Assembly (NCBI GenBank): GCA_017508555.1
Contig: JAFVYP010000141.1
Location: 1 to 63,699, forward strand
Direction: 5' to 3'
Length of the DNA stretch: 63,699 nucleotides
Source of the DNA: Lentisphaeria bacterium
Lineage (GTDB): Bacteria; Verrucomicrobiota; Lentisphaeria; Victivallales; Victivallaceae
The notes beneath the pieces are model-generated. The model was not told the origin of the DNA and searched no databases. It was given only the letters and a program-made list of their open reading frames with translations. Every line of letters begins with the position of its first letter. Within the stretch, counting starts at the first letter, position 1. A program made the translations under genes and the position numbers. Positions 46,394 through 55,977 of the stretch are shown in pieces.

Positions 46394-48207
46394 ATATTTC
46401 ACAGGAGACTTTTCAAAACTGGCAGCGGCTGGGTTCCGATACAAAAGAAAAATTGCAGAAAGGAGCCAATAAATCCCGTTCGCTCAAAAAGATCCTCCCT
46501 GTTGAATATATCCGCTGCCGTGAAAGCATTGAGCTTGCCGCCCGGATCTCCGATTACTGTGCGGCCCATGATTTTTCCTGTGGCGATGTGCTTTTTTCCC
46601 TTGCCGTCAAACTTCTGGAACAAAAAGGACTGATCCGCCAAAAACACGTCCAGGCTGTTCTTGACAGCAGTCCCTATGCCCGCATCCCTCTTCCGGATAC
46701 GGCCGTTCTTCCGGAACAGGAGCAGGATATACTGGGCTTTATCTATCAATGTCTGCTCACAGAGGGGGAAAAAAATCAGACAGGCTCCTATTACACGCCT
46801 CCGGATATTGTCCGGAGCATGCTGCCGGAACGCCCTCTTGCCGACGGAGAAACCTTCTGCGACCCCTGCTGCGGCAGCGGCGCTTTTCTGCTGGCCGCTC
46901 CCGTAAGCTCCCCCCTTCAGCTGTGGGGATGCGACAAAGATCCCAGGGCGGTCCTGATCGCCAAAGTCAATCTGCTGTGTCAATATCCTCATCACGCATT
47001 TTCCCCGCAGATCTTTTGCTGCGATTACCTTGAAGAAACACCCCGTACCCCGGAAATACGCGCGTTTTTCAAAAAACGTTTTGATCTGATCGCCACCAAT
47101 CCCCCCTGGGGCGCGGCGAAAAACAAAACAAAAGAGTCTTTCAGCCTGTTTTTCAGAAAAGCCGCTGAACAGACCAAACCGGAAGGCAGGATCAGTTTTC
47201 TCTTGCCGGAATCCCTTCTGCGGATCAAAGCCCACGCCCCGTTGAGGCGCTTCATTCTGGAACACAAACTGGAAAAAATCACGTTCCATTCCAATCTATT
47301 TTCCGGCGTCATGACAAAGGCTTGCGCCGTCGAGATCCGCAAAGCCCCTCCTGCGGCAGTCTTTGAAGTCAGGGAGGGGAAAAACATCTCTCAGGCGGCG
47401 GTCAGGGAGATCCTGGAAAATGAAGAGCAGAGCTTTCTCTTTCTTTCTCCGGAAGATAAAGCGATCATCAGCCGGATCAAACAGCAGAAAAACTTTTTCC
47501 TGAACAGCCGCTGTTTTGCGCTGGGGATCGTCACGGGCGACAATAAAAACAAGGTCAAGAGCGTTTGCGAACCGGGCATGGAAGCTGTTTTGACAGGCAA
47601 AGAGATCAGACCTTACACACCGGCCCCCCCGGAAAAATATCTGCACTACCACCGGGAAACTTTTCAGCAGACCGCAGATGATGCCTGTTACAGAGCTCCG
47701 GAAAAACTGCTCTATAAATTCGTTTCCGACACCCTGGTCTTTGCCTATGACGATACAGGCGCTCTGGTCCTCAACAGCGCCAATATCCTGATCCCGGAGA
47801 TCCCCGGCATGAGCATCAAAACCGTTCTTGCATTTCTGAATTCACGCTTTTTGAGATACTATTACAGAACGGTATTCAAGGATATCAAGATCCTCAAAAG
47901 CAATCTGATGCAGCTGCCTTTCCCTGAAATCTCTCCCGAAACAGCAGAACGCATCGACAGGCTGACGGAACAGATCCTGGCCGGGTCTTACGGCTGCCAT
48001 GAGGAACTGCAAAATTTGATATACAGCTGCTATCAGCTTTCACCGGAACAGATCGCTTTTGTGGAACGCGCTGTTCCCGACAAGGGTCGATGGTATCGCG
48101 GGGAGGGGGCCGAACGTCGGCTCCGTTATCTTTCTTTTCGCGGGAAAAGAGGTTTTTCCCCTCCCCGCACCCCACCCCCTTTTCGAGAAAAGCGAAGTAT
48201 TTTTTAG
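46390..48207 (+). CDS. N6-adenine DNA methyltransferase (gamma-class, Eco57I/TaqI-like) with a repeat-derived C-terminal tail
   Basis: GSYYTPPDIV, DPCCGSGAFLLAA and TNPPWG motifs in that order. Target-recognition-like C-terminal half. The last ~47 codons lie inside the repeat at 48065-48240. Confidence 0.85.
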   Translation: MNISQETFQNWQRLGSDTKEKLQKGANKSRSLKKILPVEYIRCRESIELAARISDYCAAHDFSCGDVLFSLAVKLLEQKGLIRQKHVQAVLDSSPYARIPLPDTAVLPEQEQDILGFIYQCLLTEGEKNQTGSYYTPPDIVRSMLPERPLADGETFCDPCCGSGAFLLAAPVSSPLQLWGCDKDPRAVLIAKVNLLCQYPHHAFSPQIFCCDYLEETPRTPEIRAFFKKRFDLIATNPPWGAAKNKTKESFSLFFRKAAEQTKPEGRISFLLPESLLRIKAHAPLRRFILEHKLEKITFHSNLFSGVMTKACAVEIRKAPPAAVFEVREGKNISQAAVREILENEEQSFLFLSPEDKAIISRIKQQKNFFLNSRCFALGIVTGDNKNKVKSVCEPGMEAVLTGKEIRPYTPAPPEKYLHYHRETFQQTADDACYRAPEKLLYKFVSDTLVFAYDDTGALVLNSANILIPEIPGMSIKTVLAFLNSRFLRYYYRTVFKDIKILKSNLMQLPFPEISPETAERIDRLTEQILAGSYGCHEELQNLIYSCYQLSPEQIAFVERAVPDKGRWYRGEGAERRLRYLSFRGKRGFSPPRTPPPFREKRSIF

Positions 48208-48240
48208 TTTTTATCATTTATCTACCCGTATCGGGAACAG
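48065..48240 (+). repeat. MITE/REP-like palindromic repeat, variant B, complete copy
   Basis: AACGCGCTGTTCCCGACAAGGGTCGATGGTATCGCGGGG ... CCCGTATCGGGAACAG. Near-identical to 21720-21890. Confidence 0.9.
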
Positions 48241-48283
48241 AACTTTCAAAAAAAGCGGCGTATATTCAGTTTTTTATGATCTT

Positions 48284-48297
48284 CCCTTGTCGGGAAC
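48284..48297 (-). repeat. Solo terminal motif of the repeat
   Basis: CCCTTGTCGGGAAC lies 44 bp beyond the full copy. Confidence 0.5.
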
Positions 48298-48323
48298 TGA
48301 ACAAAAATAAAAAAGGAGTCTCT

Positions 48324-49478
48324 ATGAAAAAATCAGCAAGTCTTTTTCTGTGCAGTATCGCTCTTCTGCTTCTGTGCGGCTGCGCCTGCACAGCGCCCCG
48401 GAACGCAGCCGCGCCTGCGGTTGAAAAAAAGATCAAAACCGGATTTTACATTGATCTCGGCAGCCGCGGCAACGGCGTGCTTGAACTGGCACGGCTGCTG
48501 TCTTACACCCCGCAGCTGGAACTCAGACTCCTGACAGGCGAGGATTTGAGAAAGGGCGCGCTGAAAGAGATCGAACTTCTGGTCATGCCCGGCGGATCAA
48601 GCAAGCTGCAAATGCGCTCCATGGCTCCGGAAGGCGTGAAGGCCCTGCGGGAATTCGTGCAGAACGGCGGTTCCTATGTGGGGATCTGTGCCGGGTTCCA
48701 CATCACGCTCAACAGAAAAGAACGGGCGGCCCTGCTGCCCTACACCTACATACCGGAAGCTGTCGGCGCCAAAGGACATGTTTTCATAGATCTTTCTCCT
48801 GAAGGGGCCGATATCCTGAATGTCAAATCCGGCCGTTACCGCGTGGTTTACTCCCGGGGCCCCGTTGCCCGGGAAGGCGCCTGGGATAAAGGCTCCTGTC
48901 AGACCCTTGCCCGTTACAAAAGTTCAGTAGGTCCAGTCAACCGTCCCGGCAAAAGTTTTTTCAACACCCCTGCTCTGATCTGCGGTACGTTCGGCAAAGG
49001 AAAGGTGATCGCCACAAGTTTTCATCCTGAATACGATGCCGGGACAAGAGCCCTGCTGCACGGCTGCATCTACGCCGTCACGGGCCGGAAAACAGCCCCG
49101 GTCTTTCCCCGGAAAAACTTTCATCCCTTCCGGGTGGCCTATTACAACACGGCGCCCATGACCGGCAATAATCAGGGCGCGATCAAAGATCTGCTTGCCC
49201 TGGACAGCTCTCCGGCGATCTCTGTTCAGATGGGACTGAGTGAACAGCTGCTTGAAAATGTGGATATCCTCTATCTGCCCGACTCTCCGGCCCATATCTG
49301 GAAAGATCTTGCCAAGGGCTACCTGGCCGGGATAATGACTTGTTTCATGGATAACGGCGGTCGGGTCATCGCCGTCGGACCCGGCTGGGACCAAATGCCT
49401 TCCCACCGCAATCTGCACCGGGTTCCGGCCGGAACATCTCCTGTCAAAGCCGTTCTTGAAACAACCGGGGCAAATTGA
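48324..49478 (+). CDS. Lipoprotein with class-I glutamine-amidotransferase-like (BPL_N / peptidase C26-like) domain
   Basis: AAGGAG RBS. Signal peptide plus lipobox LLLCGC. Nucleophile elbow VGICAGF and SFHPE His-Glu pair. The upstream part of ORF 48090-49478 lies in the repeat. Confidence 0.6.
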   Translation: MKKSASLFLCSIALLLLCGCACTAPRNAAAPAVEKKIKTGFYIDLGSRGNGVLELARLLSYTPQLELRLLTGEDLRKGALKEIELLVMPGGSSKLQMRSMAPEGVKALREFVQNGGSYVGICAGFHITLNRKERAALLPYTYIPEAVGAKGHVFIDLSPEGADILNVKSGRYRVVYSRGPVAREGAWDKGSCQTLARYKSSVGPVNRPGKSFFNTPALICGTFGKGKVIATSFHPEYDAGTRALLHGCIYAVTGRKTAPVFPRKNFHPFRVAYYNTAPMTGNNQGAIKDLLALDSSPAISVQMGLSEQLLENVDILYLPDSPAHIWKDLAKGYLAGIMTCFMDNGGRVIAVGPGWDQMPSHRNLHRVPAGTSPVKAVLETTGAN

Positions 49479-49570
49479 AAAATATATAGCAGACAGCCCT
49501 TGATTATTGCTGTTTCAGGTGTATTTTATAGTCAGAACTTTATCCTGTTCTCAATATAAGGAAAACAATC

Positions 49571-51454
49571 ATGTCTCTTGAAAAAATCACTGAACTTTCA
49601 CGCCGTTACGGTGCCGACCCTGCCTACGTCCTTGCCGGCGGCGGAAACACCTCCTGCAAAGATGAAAAATTCCTGTACGTGAAGCCCAGCGGCGTCACGC
49701 TGGCCGCCATCACGGAAAAGGACTTTGTCAAAATGGACCGCGCCATCATCCGCGACTGTTTTTCCAAAGAGTTTGCCAATGCCGACGAACGGGAAGCCTT
49801 CGTCAAACGCATGATGGCTTTTGCCGTGGTCAATGACGGCGGACGTCCCTCCGTGGAAGCCCCCCTGCATGAACTGCTGCCCTTTACCTACGTCGTCCAT
49901 CTTCACCCCGCACTCATCAACGGCATGACCTGCGGTAAAGACGGTAAAGAGTGGTGCAAAAAACTCTTCCCCGAAGCCCTCTGGGTCGATTACTGCGATC
50001 CCGGATTCTATCTGGCCAAAGTCGTTTTTGACGCCTGCAAAGAGTACAAAGCCGCCAATGGAAAAGATGCCTCTGTGATCTTCCTTCAGAACCACGGTAT
50101 CTTTGCCGGTGCTGATACGCCTGAAGAGATCGACGCCATTTACGCCGGCATCATGGCCAAGCTGGATGCCCACTGCAAAGCCGCAGGCGTGGCAACGGAG
50201 CTGCCTGAAACGGCCCTCGATATGGACTGCGTCATGGAGTATGCTCCCCAGCTGCGCGGCTTTATGGCCGAAGCCGGAAAAGTCGCCACGGTCGTTTCCT
50301 CCGCGCCTTTTGCCATTGCCCGCGGTCCCCTCACCCCCGATCATCTGGTCTATGCCAAGGCTTTCGGAGTTGTTGCCGATGCCCCTGCCCGGGCTGATAT
50401 CGACGCGTTCAAAGCCGAACGCGGCTATCTGCCCCGCATGATCGAAGTTCCCGGAAAGGCTGTTTTCTGTGCGGGAGCGAAAAAGACGGCTGCCGATACC
50501 GTTCTGGCTCTGGCCCGCAACGGCGCCCTGATCGAACAGATCGCCCAAGCCTTCGGCGGCGTCAACTATCTGACAGATGCTCAGCGCAGTTTCATTGAAA
50601 ACTGGGAGGTCGAATCCTACCGTTCCAAAGTGGCGGCAGGCGCCAACGCCTCTCTGACCGGCATGGTGGCTGTTGTCACCGGCGGTGCCCAGGGCTTCGG
50701 CTACGGCATCGCTCAGGAGCTGGCTGCTCTCGGCGCAGATCTGGTCATTGCCGATATGAACGTGGACGGTGCCAAAAAGGCCGCCGCTGAGCTGGGTGCC
50801 GGTGCCGGCGGCTTTGCCGTCAATATCTCCGACGAAGCAGCGGTGGAAGCGCTGGTCAGGGATATCGTGGCTTCCTACGGCGGCGTGGATCTGCTGGTGG
50901 CCAACGCGGGCGTTGTCCGCGCAGGTTCCGTCAAGGAGTTCGATCTCAAGGACTGGCAGTTTGTGACCAATATCAACTACAACGGATTTTTCCTCTGCAC
51001 CAAGCATTTTGCCCGTGTGATGTCCAAACAGAACGAGGCAACGGGTCTGTGGAGCGATATCGTCCAGGTGAACTCCAAAAGCGGTCTGGCCGGTTCCAAA
51101 AACAACGGCGCCTATGCCGGAAGCAAGTTCGGAACCATCGGACTTGTCCAGAGCTTTGCCCTGGAATTGACCAGGGACAAGATCAAAGTCAATGCGGTCT
51201 GTCCCGGCAACTATCTGGACGGCCCCCTGTGGAGCGATCCTGTCCGCGGTCTTTTCGTCCAGTATCTTGAGGCCGGAAAGGTCCCGGGAGCCAAGACGGT
51301 GGATGATGTCCGCGCCCACTACGAGCGTCAGGTCCCCATGAGCCGCGGCTGCTTCCCCGCCGACGTGGCCCGCGCCATCGTCTATGCGGTCAACCAGAAA
51401 TACGAGACCGGACAGGCCATCCCTGTCACCGGCGGTCAGATCATGATGAATTAA
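49571..51454 (+). CDS. Bifunctional class II aldolase / short-chain dehydrogenase (rhamnulose-1-phosphate aldolase-type)
   Basis: N-terminal aldolase_II-like LAGGGNTSCK...YVKPSG. C-terminal SDR with VVTGGAQGFG and YAGSK. Confidence 0.85.
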   Translation: MSLEKITELSRRYGADPAYVLAGGGNTSCKDEKFLYVKPSGVTLAAITEKDFVKMDRAIIRDCFSKEFANADEREAFVKRMMAFAVVNDGGRPSVEAPLHELLPFTYVVHLHPALINGMTCGKDGKEWCKKLFPEALWVDYCDPGFYLAKVVFDACKEYKAANGKDASVIFLQNHGIFAGADTPEEIDAIYAGIMAKLDAHCKAAGVATELPETALDMDCVMEYAPQLRGFMAEAGKVATVVSSAPFAIARGPLTPDHLVYAKAFGVVADAPARADIDAFKAERGYLPRMIEVPGKAVFCAGAKKTAADTVLALARNGALIEQIAQAFGGVNYLTDAQRSFIENWEVESYRSKVAAGANASLTGMVAVVTGGAQGFGYGIAQELAALGADLVIADMNVDGAKKAAAELGAGAGGFAVNISDEAAVEALVRDIVASYGGVDLLVANAGVVRAGSVKEFDLKDWQFVTNINYNGFFLCTKHFARVMSKQNEATGLWSDIVQVNSKSGLAGSKNNGAYAGSKFGTIGLVQSFALELTRDKIKVNAVCPGNYLDGPLWSDPVRGLFVQYLEAGKVPGAKTVDDVRAHYERQVPMSRGCFPADVARAIVYAVNQKYETGQAIPVTGGQIMMN

Positions 51455-51455
51455 A

Positions 51456-52241
<786 letters not shown>

Positions 52242-52262
52242 GGAAAAAAGATCTTTACAGCC

Positions 52263-52919
52263 TTATTTTGCCAGCTCTGCGGCAAAATGTTCCTGAAGAT
52301 CCCGGACTGATTTGAATACCAGTCCGGGATTTGTTTTTTCCAGCTCCGCAATACGGGCAGATTTGGCCCAGGCGGCGGAAAAACATTTTATGCCCGCACG
52401 CGCAGAGGCCTGCGCGTCTGAAAGGGCATCCCCCACATAAACAAGCTCCTCTTTTTTCAGCTGACGGGTCTGACAGAGGTGGAGAAGCTGTCCTGTCTTG
52501 TCATTCTTTTCAGGCGCGCCGAAGTAGCAGAGGGAAAAGAACTCTTTGATCCCCAGATATTCCAGAGAGATGGCGGCCGTATCGCATCCGCGCCCTGTCA
52601 GCAGCACAAGCTCCACATGCTGTTCTTTCAGAAAAAGAAGCAGCTCCCTGATACCGGCAAAAAGCGCCGGACACATCTGCGGATGAAGCTCCCTGTGCAG
52701 ACGGATAAACTCCGCTTCCGCCTCAGGCACGGTCCGCCCCATGAAATAACGCAGGACACCGGGTTCGTTCATGCCGAAATTTTGATAGATGTCCTCACGG
52801 GAAGGGGCATTTTCCCCCATATATTTGGCAAAAACTTTATCAAATACCGCCAGACAGAAATCCACGCTGTCCGCCAGTGTGCCGTCAAAATCAAAAGCTG
52901 CAACTTTAAGCATTTTCAA
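52263..52919 (-). CDS. HAD-superfamily hydrolase (phosphoglycolate phosphatase-like)
   Basis: AAFDFDGTLADS motif I, LLTGR motif II and VGDALSD motif IV. Confidence 0.85.
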   Translation of the reverse strand: MKMLKVAAFDFDGTLADSVDFCLAVFDKVFAKYMGENAPSREDIYQNFGMNEPGVLRYFMGRTVPEAEAEFIRLHRELHPQMCPALFAGIRELLLFLKEQHVELVLLTGRGCDTAAISLEYLGIKEFFSLCYFGAPEKNDKTGQLLHLCQTRQLKKEELVYVGDALSDAQASARAGIKCFSAAWAKSARIAELEKTNPGLVFKSVRDLQEHFAAELAK

Positions 52920-52979
52920 ATATTCCTTTGTTTTTGCATAATATAGCTCTTTTTCCTGATAAATTCAACAGATCCCCCC

Positions 52980-53008
52980 TTGCAATCTCTGCGAAGGGCC
53001 TGTATATT
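52980..53008 (+). promoter_or_regulatory. Sigma70-like promoter (TTGCAA-N17-TATATT) for the oxidoreductase gene
   Basis: Hexamers at 52980-52985 and 53003-53008. Confidence 0.5.
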
Positions 53009-53037
53009 CTTCCTCAAAAAAAGAAAGGACTTCTCTT

Positions 53038-54042
53038 ATGCATAACGGAAAATTCGGATGCGCCCTCTGGGGGTGCGGATGGGTCGCAAGCGGCCATATC
53101 GCCGCTTATTTGAAAAATCCCGACTGCCGCTTCATCGGACTGGGCAGCCGCAGAAAAGAGAGCGCTCAAGCCAAAATCGCAGAATTTGCTCTCCACGATG
53201 TGACGCTTTACAACTCTTTTGAAGAGATCCTCAACGATCCCCGGGTGGATATCGTTTCCATCTGTACGCCCAACGATCTCCATGCCGAAGAGGCCATTCT
53301 GGCCGCCAAAGCGGGCAAACAGATCTTTCTGGAAAAACCCGCCGCGATCTCAGAGGAACAACTGGACCGTCTGACGGCAACAATTGAGGAATATCATACA
53401 AAAACCGTCATGGGTCTTGTCCTGCGTTTCAATCCCCTGAGCTGTATGCAGAGGCGTCTGATCGGGGAAGGAGAACTGGGTAAGATCCTGCTGACCAATG
53501 TGGACTACTGGTTCGGCCGCGAACGGGGTTCCTGGATGCGGGAAGGCAAACGCACCGGCGGCGCTTTCGTGCTGGGCGGATGTCACTCCGTGGATCTGGC
53601 CGGATTCCTTCTCAACTCAAAGATCGCCGCCGTCCGGGGAACAGCCCTTCAGGCCGGGGACTGGTATGATTATCCTCCGGTGGAAACAGCTCAAGTCCGT
53701 TTTGCCAACGGCGCTGTCGGTGTCTTTTCCTGCTCTCTTGCTGGATTTACCCCCTACACGGCCAATATCCATATTATCGGAGAAGAGGGAACGATCCTCA
53801 ATGACCGTTTCTTTTTGAAACGTTTCCGCGAACAGCAGTCATTTTTCCAGGTGGATACCGGCGTCAAAAAGACAGGGGACGTTTACGGACACCCCTTCCC
53901 CCAGATCGTCGATCACTTCATCTCCTGTCTCAAAGAGGACCGGGATTCCGAACACAATGTGGCCTCTGCGGTCAACTCACACAAAGCCTGCTTTGCCATC
54001 TGCCGCAGCGCAGCAACCGACGGCAACTGGATAGAATTGTAA
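53038..54042 (+). CDS. Gfo/Idh/MocA-family oxidoreductase
   Basis: Rossmann N-terminus (ALWGCGWVASGHI) and an EKP motif (IFLEKPAA). Confidence 0.85.
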   Translation: MHNGKFGCALWGCGWVASGHIAAYLKNPDCRFIGLGSRRKESAQAKIAEFALHDVTLYNSFEEILNDPRVDIVSICTPNDLHAEEAILAAKAGKQIFLEKPAAISEEQLDRLTATIEEYHTKTVMGLVLRFNPLSCMQRRLIGEGELGKILLTNVDYWFGRERGSWMREGKRTGGAFVLGGCHSVDLAGFLLNSKIAAVRGTALQAGDWYDYPPVETAQVRFANGAVGVFSCSLAGFTPYTANIHIIGEEGTILNDRFFLKRFREQQSFFQVDTGVKKTGDVYGHPFPQIVDHFISCLKEDRDSEHNVASAVNSHKACFAICRSAATDGNWIEL

Positions 54043-54080
54043 CACGCCCGGCATCCGGCTCCTTTTCCAAGAGCCGGTTT

Positions 54081-54100
54081 CTCTTGCCGGGAACAGCGCC
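54081..54100 (-). repeat. Solo terminal motif of the repeat (diverged)
   Basis: CTCTTGCCGGGAACAGCGCC compared with CCCTTGTCGGGAACAGCGCG: 17 of 20 positions match. Lies between convergent genes. Confidence 0.45.
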
Positions 54101-54106
54101 CTGTTT

Positions 54107-54898
54107 TCAGGAACCCAGCTCCCGGGAGCGTTTGGCCGCCGCACGGACAGCCTGCATGGCCGCCGCATGGAAAGCCCGTTCCGCCAGAAGCTCAAGCCCG
54201 CGGCTGGTCGTTCCGCCGGGACTGGTCACCGCATCGCAAAGTTCGTTGGGATGTTTCCCCGTTTCCAAAACCATCTGCGCCGCACCCAGAAGCGTCTGCG
54301 CCGCAAGTTTCGTCGCAATATCACGGGGAAGGCCCTCTGCCACGCCGCCATCGGCCAGGGCCTGAATAAACTCAAACACATACGCCGGTCCGCTGCCGGA
54401 AAGCCCTGTGACGGCATCCAGATCACACTCACGCACCTGATAGGCGATCCCCACCGCTGACAGGATCTGACGGACAAGGTCGATATCCTCCTCTTCCGCC
54501 CCGGACGCCGCCGCAAAAGCTGACGCCCCCTGCCCCACAAGCGCAGGCGTATTGGGCATGACACGGACGATCCGGGAACTGCCCGTCAACTCTACAATAC
54601 GGGCAATGGGAACTCCCGCCGCAATGGAAACGATCAGCTTCTTTTCAAGTTTTCCACCAAGAGGTTTCAAAGCATCCGCCAGCATCTGCGGCTTGACGGC
54701 AATGAGAAGCACATCAAATTCTGTCATTTTTTCCAGAGAGACAGCCGCCACACCCGTCGCCGCCGTAAAGGCCGCACAAGCCGCCCCGTTCACATCAAAT
54801 GCCGCAAGTTCCGAAGAGGTACACAGCCGGGATTTAACCAATCCTCCGGCAATGGCTGTCGCCATTTTTCCGGCTCCCAGAAAAAAGATCTTTTTCAT
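54107..54898 (-). CDS. proC: Pyrroline-5-carboxylate reductase
   Basis: IFFLGAGKMATAI and SPGGTT motifs. Confidence 0.92.
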   Translation of the reverse strand: MKKIFFLGAGKMATAIAGGLVKSRLCTSSELAAFDVNGAACAAFTAATGVAAVSLEKMTEFDVLLIAVKPQMLADALKPLGGKLEKKLIVSIAAGVPIARIVELTGSSRIVRVMPNTPALVGQGASAFAAASGAEEEDIDLVRQILSAVGIAYQVRECDLDAVTGLSGSGPAYVFEFIQALADGGVAEGLPRDIATKLAAQTLLGAAQMVLETGKHPNELCDAVTSPGGTTSRGLELLAERAFHAAAMQAVRAAAKRSRELGS

Positions 54899-54901
54899 GC
54901 T

Positions 54902-55729
54902 TTATCGCGCTCCGTTAAGAAGTAAAAACTGCCAGATCAACACCCCCGCCCCCAGTATGAACAAATACCAGGAAAAGGCGGAAAGTCTGCTCTTTTTGAC
55001 CACATTGACCATCAGATGCAGCGCACCCAAACTGACCAAAAAAGATAATACAACAGCCGCAATGATCTGCGGCAGAGAAACATCAGCGTTTCCGGAAGAA
55101 GTCTGTCTCAAAAGTTCGACCACTTCAAAGCAGGTCGCGCCGGCAACAGCAGGAATGGCCAGAAGAAAGGAAAATGCCGCGGCATCCTCCCTTTTGACCC
55201 CGCAGAAAAGCGCCGCTGAGATCGTACTGCCGGAACGGGAGATCCCCGGCAGAAGCGCAACCATCTGAACCAGTCCGATGGTAACGGCCTGACGGAAAGT
55301 GATCTCTTTCAACGCCACGGTCTCCTCCTCAGGCGGCAGCAGCTTGGGTTTCCCCGTCAAACGCAGAAGCATACCCGTCACCAGAAAAGCCATGCCGGTC
55401 ACAACAGGACTGCCCAAAAGCGTTTCACCGCCTCCTGACGCCTTGAATGTCACCCCCGCAACAGCGGCGGGAATGGAGGCACAAAAGATCATCAAAAGCA
55501 GATGAAACTGCTCTTTTTTCAAAAATCCGAGCAGAAGTTTGAAGTAAAAAACAATAATGGCCAAAAGAGAGCCGGCATGCAGAAAAATACTGACAGAAAG
55601 ACTTTTATCAGCATCCAGACCGAAAAGATGTCCCAGTACAGTCAAATGGCCGGAGGAGCTGACCGGAAGAAACTCCGTCACTCCCTGGACGACCGCCATC
55701 AAAACAAGTTCAAACCAGTGAAGCATCAT
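54902..55729 (-). CDS. uppP: Undecaprenyl-diphosphate phosphatase
   Basis: EFLPVSSSGHL and PGISRSG motifs. First ATG is 55729 (the ORF TTG at 55732 is less likely). Confidence 0.92.
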   Translation of the reverse strand: MMLHWFELVLMAVVQGVTEFLPVSSSGHLTVLGHLFGLDADKSLSVSIFLHAGSLLAIIVFYFKLLLGFLKKEQFHLLLMIFCASIPAAVAGVTFKASGGGETLLGSPVVTGMAFLVTGMLLRLTGKPKLLPPEEETVALKEITFRQAVTIGLVQMVALLPGISRSGSTISAALFCGVKREDAAAFSFLLAIPAVAGATCFEVVELLRQTSSGNADVSLPQIIAAVVLSFLVSLGALHLMVNVVKKSRLSAFSWYLFILGAGVLIWQFLLLNGAR

Positions 55730-55977
55730 CAATCAAAGTCGATTTCAATTTTAGGTTCAGGAATACGGGGAGGTTCTTTTTCCTTGACGTTGTCAATCAC
55801 CTCGTCCCCGAAGTCTTTGAAACTTTCCCACTGCTTCTCGACAACGGCAACGCCGGACTTGCGCGCTTCCGGATTAAACCAGCAATACACCGCGATCGTG
55901 CCGATAACAGCAGTGATGATCGAAACAACAATACCTGCCACAATGCCGCAGCAGCAGCCGCTACCGGGAAGACTCAT
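55729..55977 (-). CDS. Small single-pass membrane protein with a CCC motif, unknown function
   Basis: 82-aa ORF: GSGCCCG, then TM helix IVAGIVVSIITAVIGTIAVYCWF, then a charged tail. Both ends overlap neighbouring genes (ATGA upstream, TGATG downstream). Confidence 0.55.
   Translation of the reverse strand: MSLPGSGCCCGIVAGIVVSIITAVIGTIAVYCWFNPEARKSGVAVVEKQWESFKDFGDEVIDNVKEKEPPRIPEPKIEIDFD

Noticed and set aside
46390-46800. Type IIG bifunctional restriction-modification reading of the methyltransferase (nuclease domain in the N-terminal ~130 aa)
   Set aside because: I could not see a PD-(D/E)XK, HNH or GIY-YIG-like pattern in the N-terminal region. That region runs directly into the GSYYTP motif typical of gamma-class methyltransferases. 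This needs an HMM search to exclude it properly.
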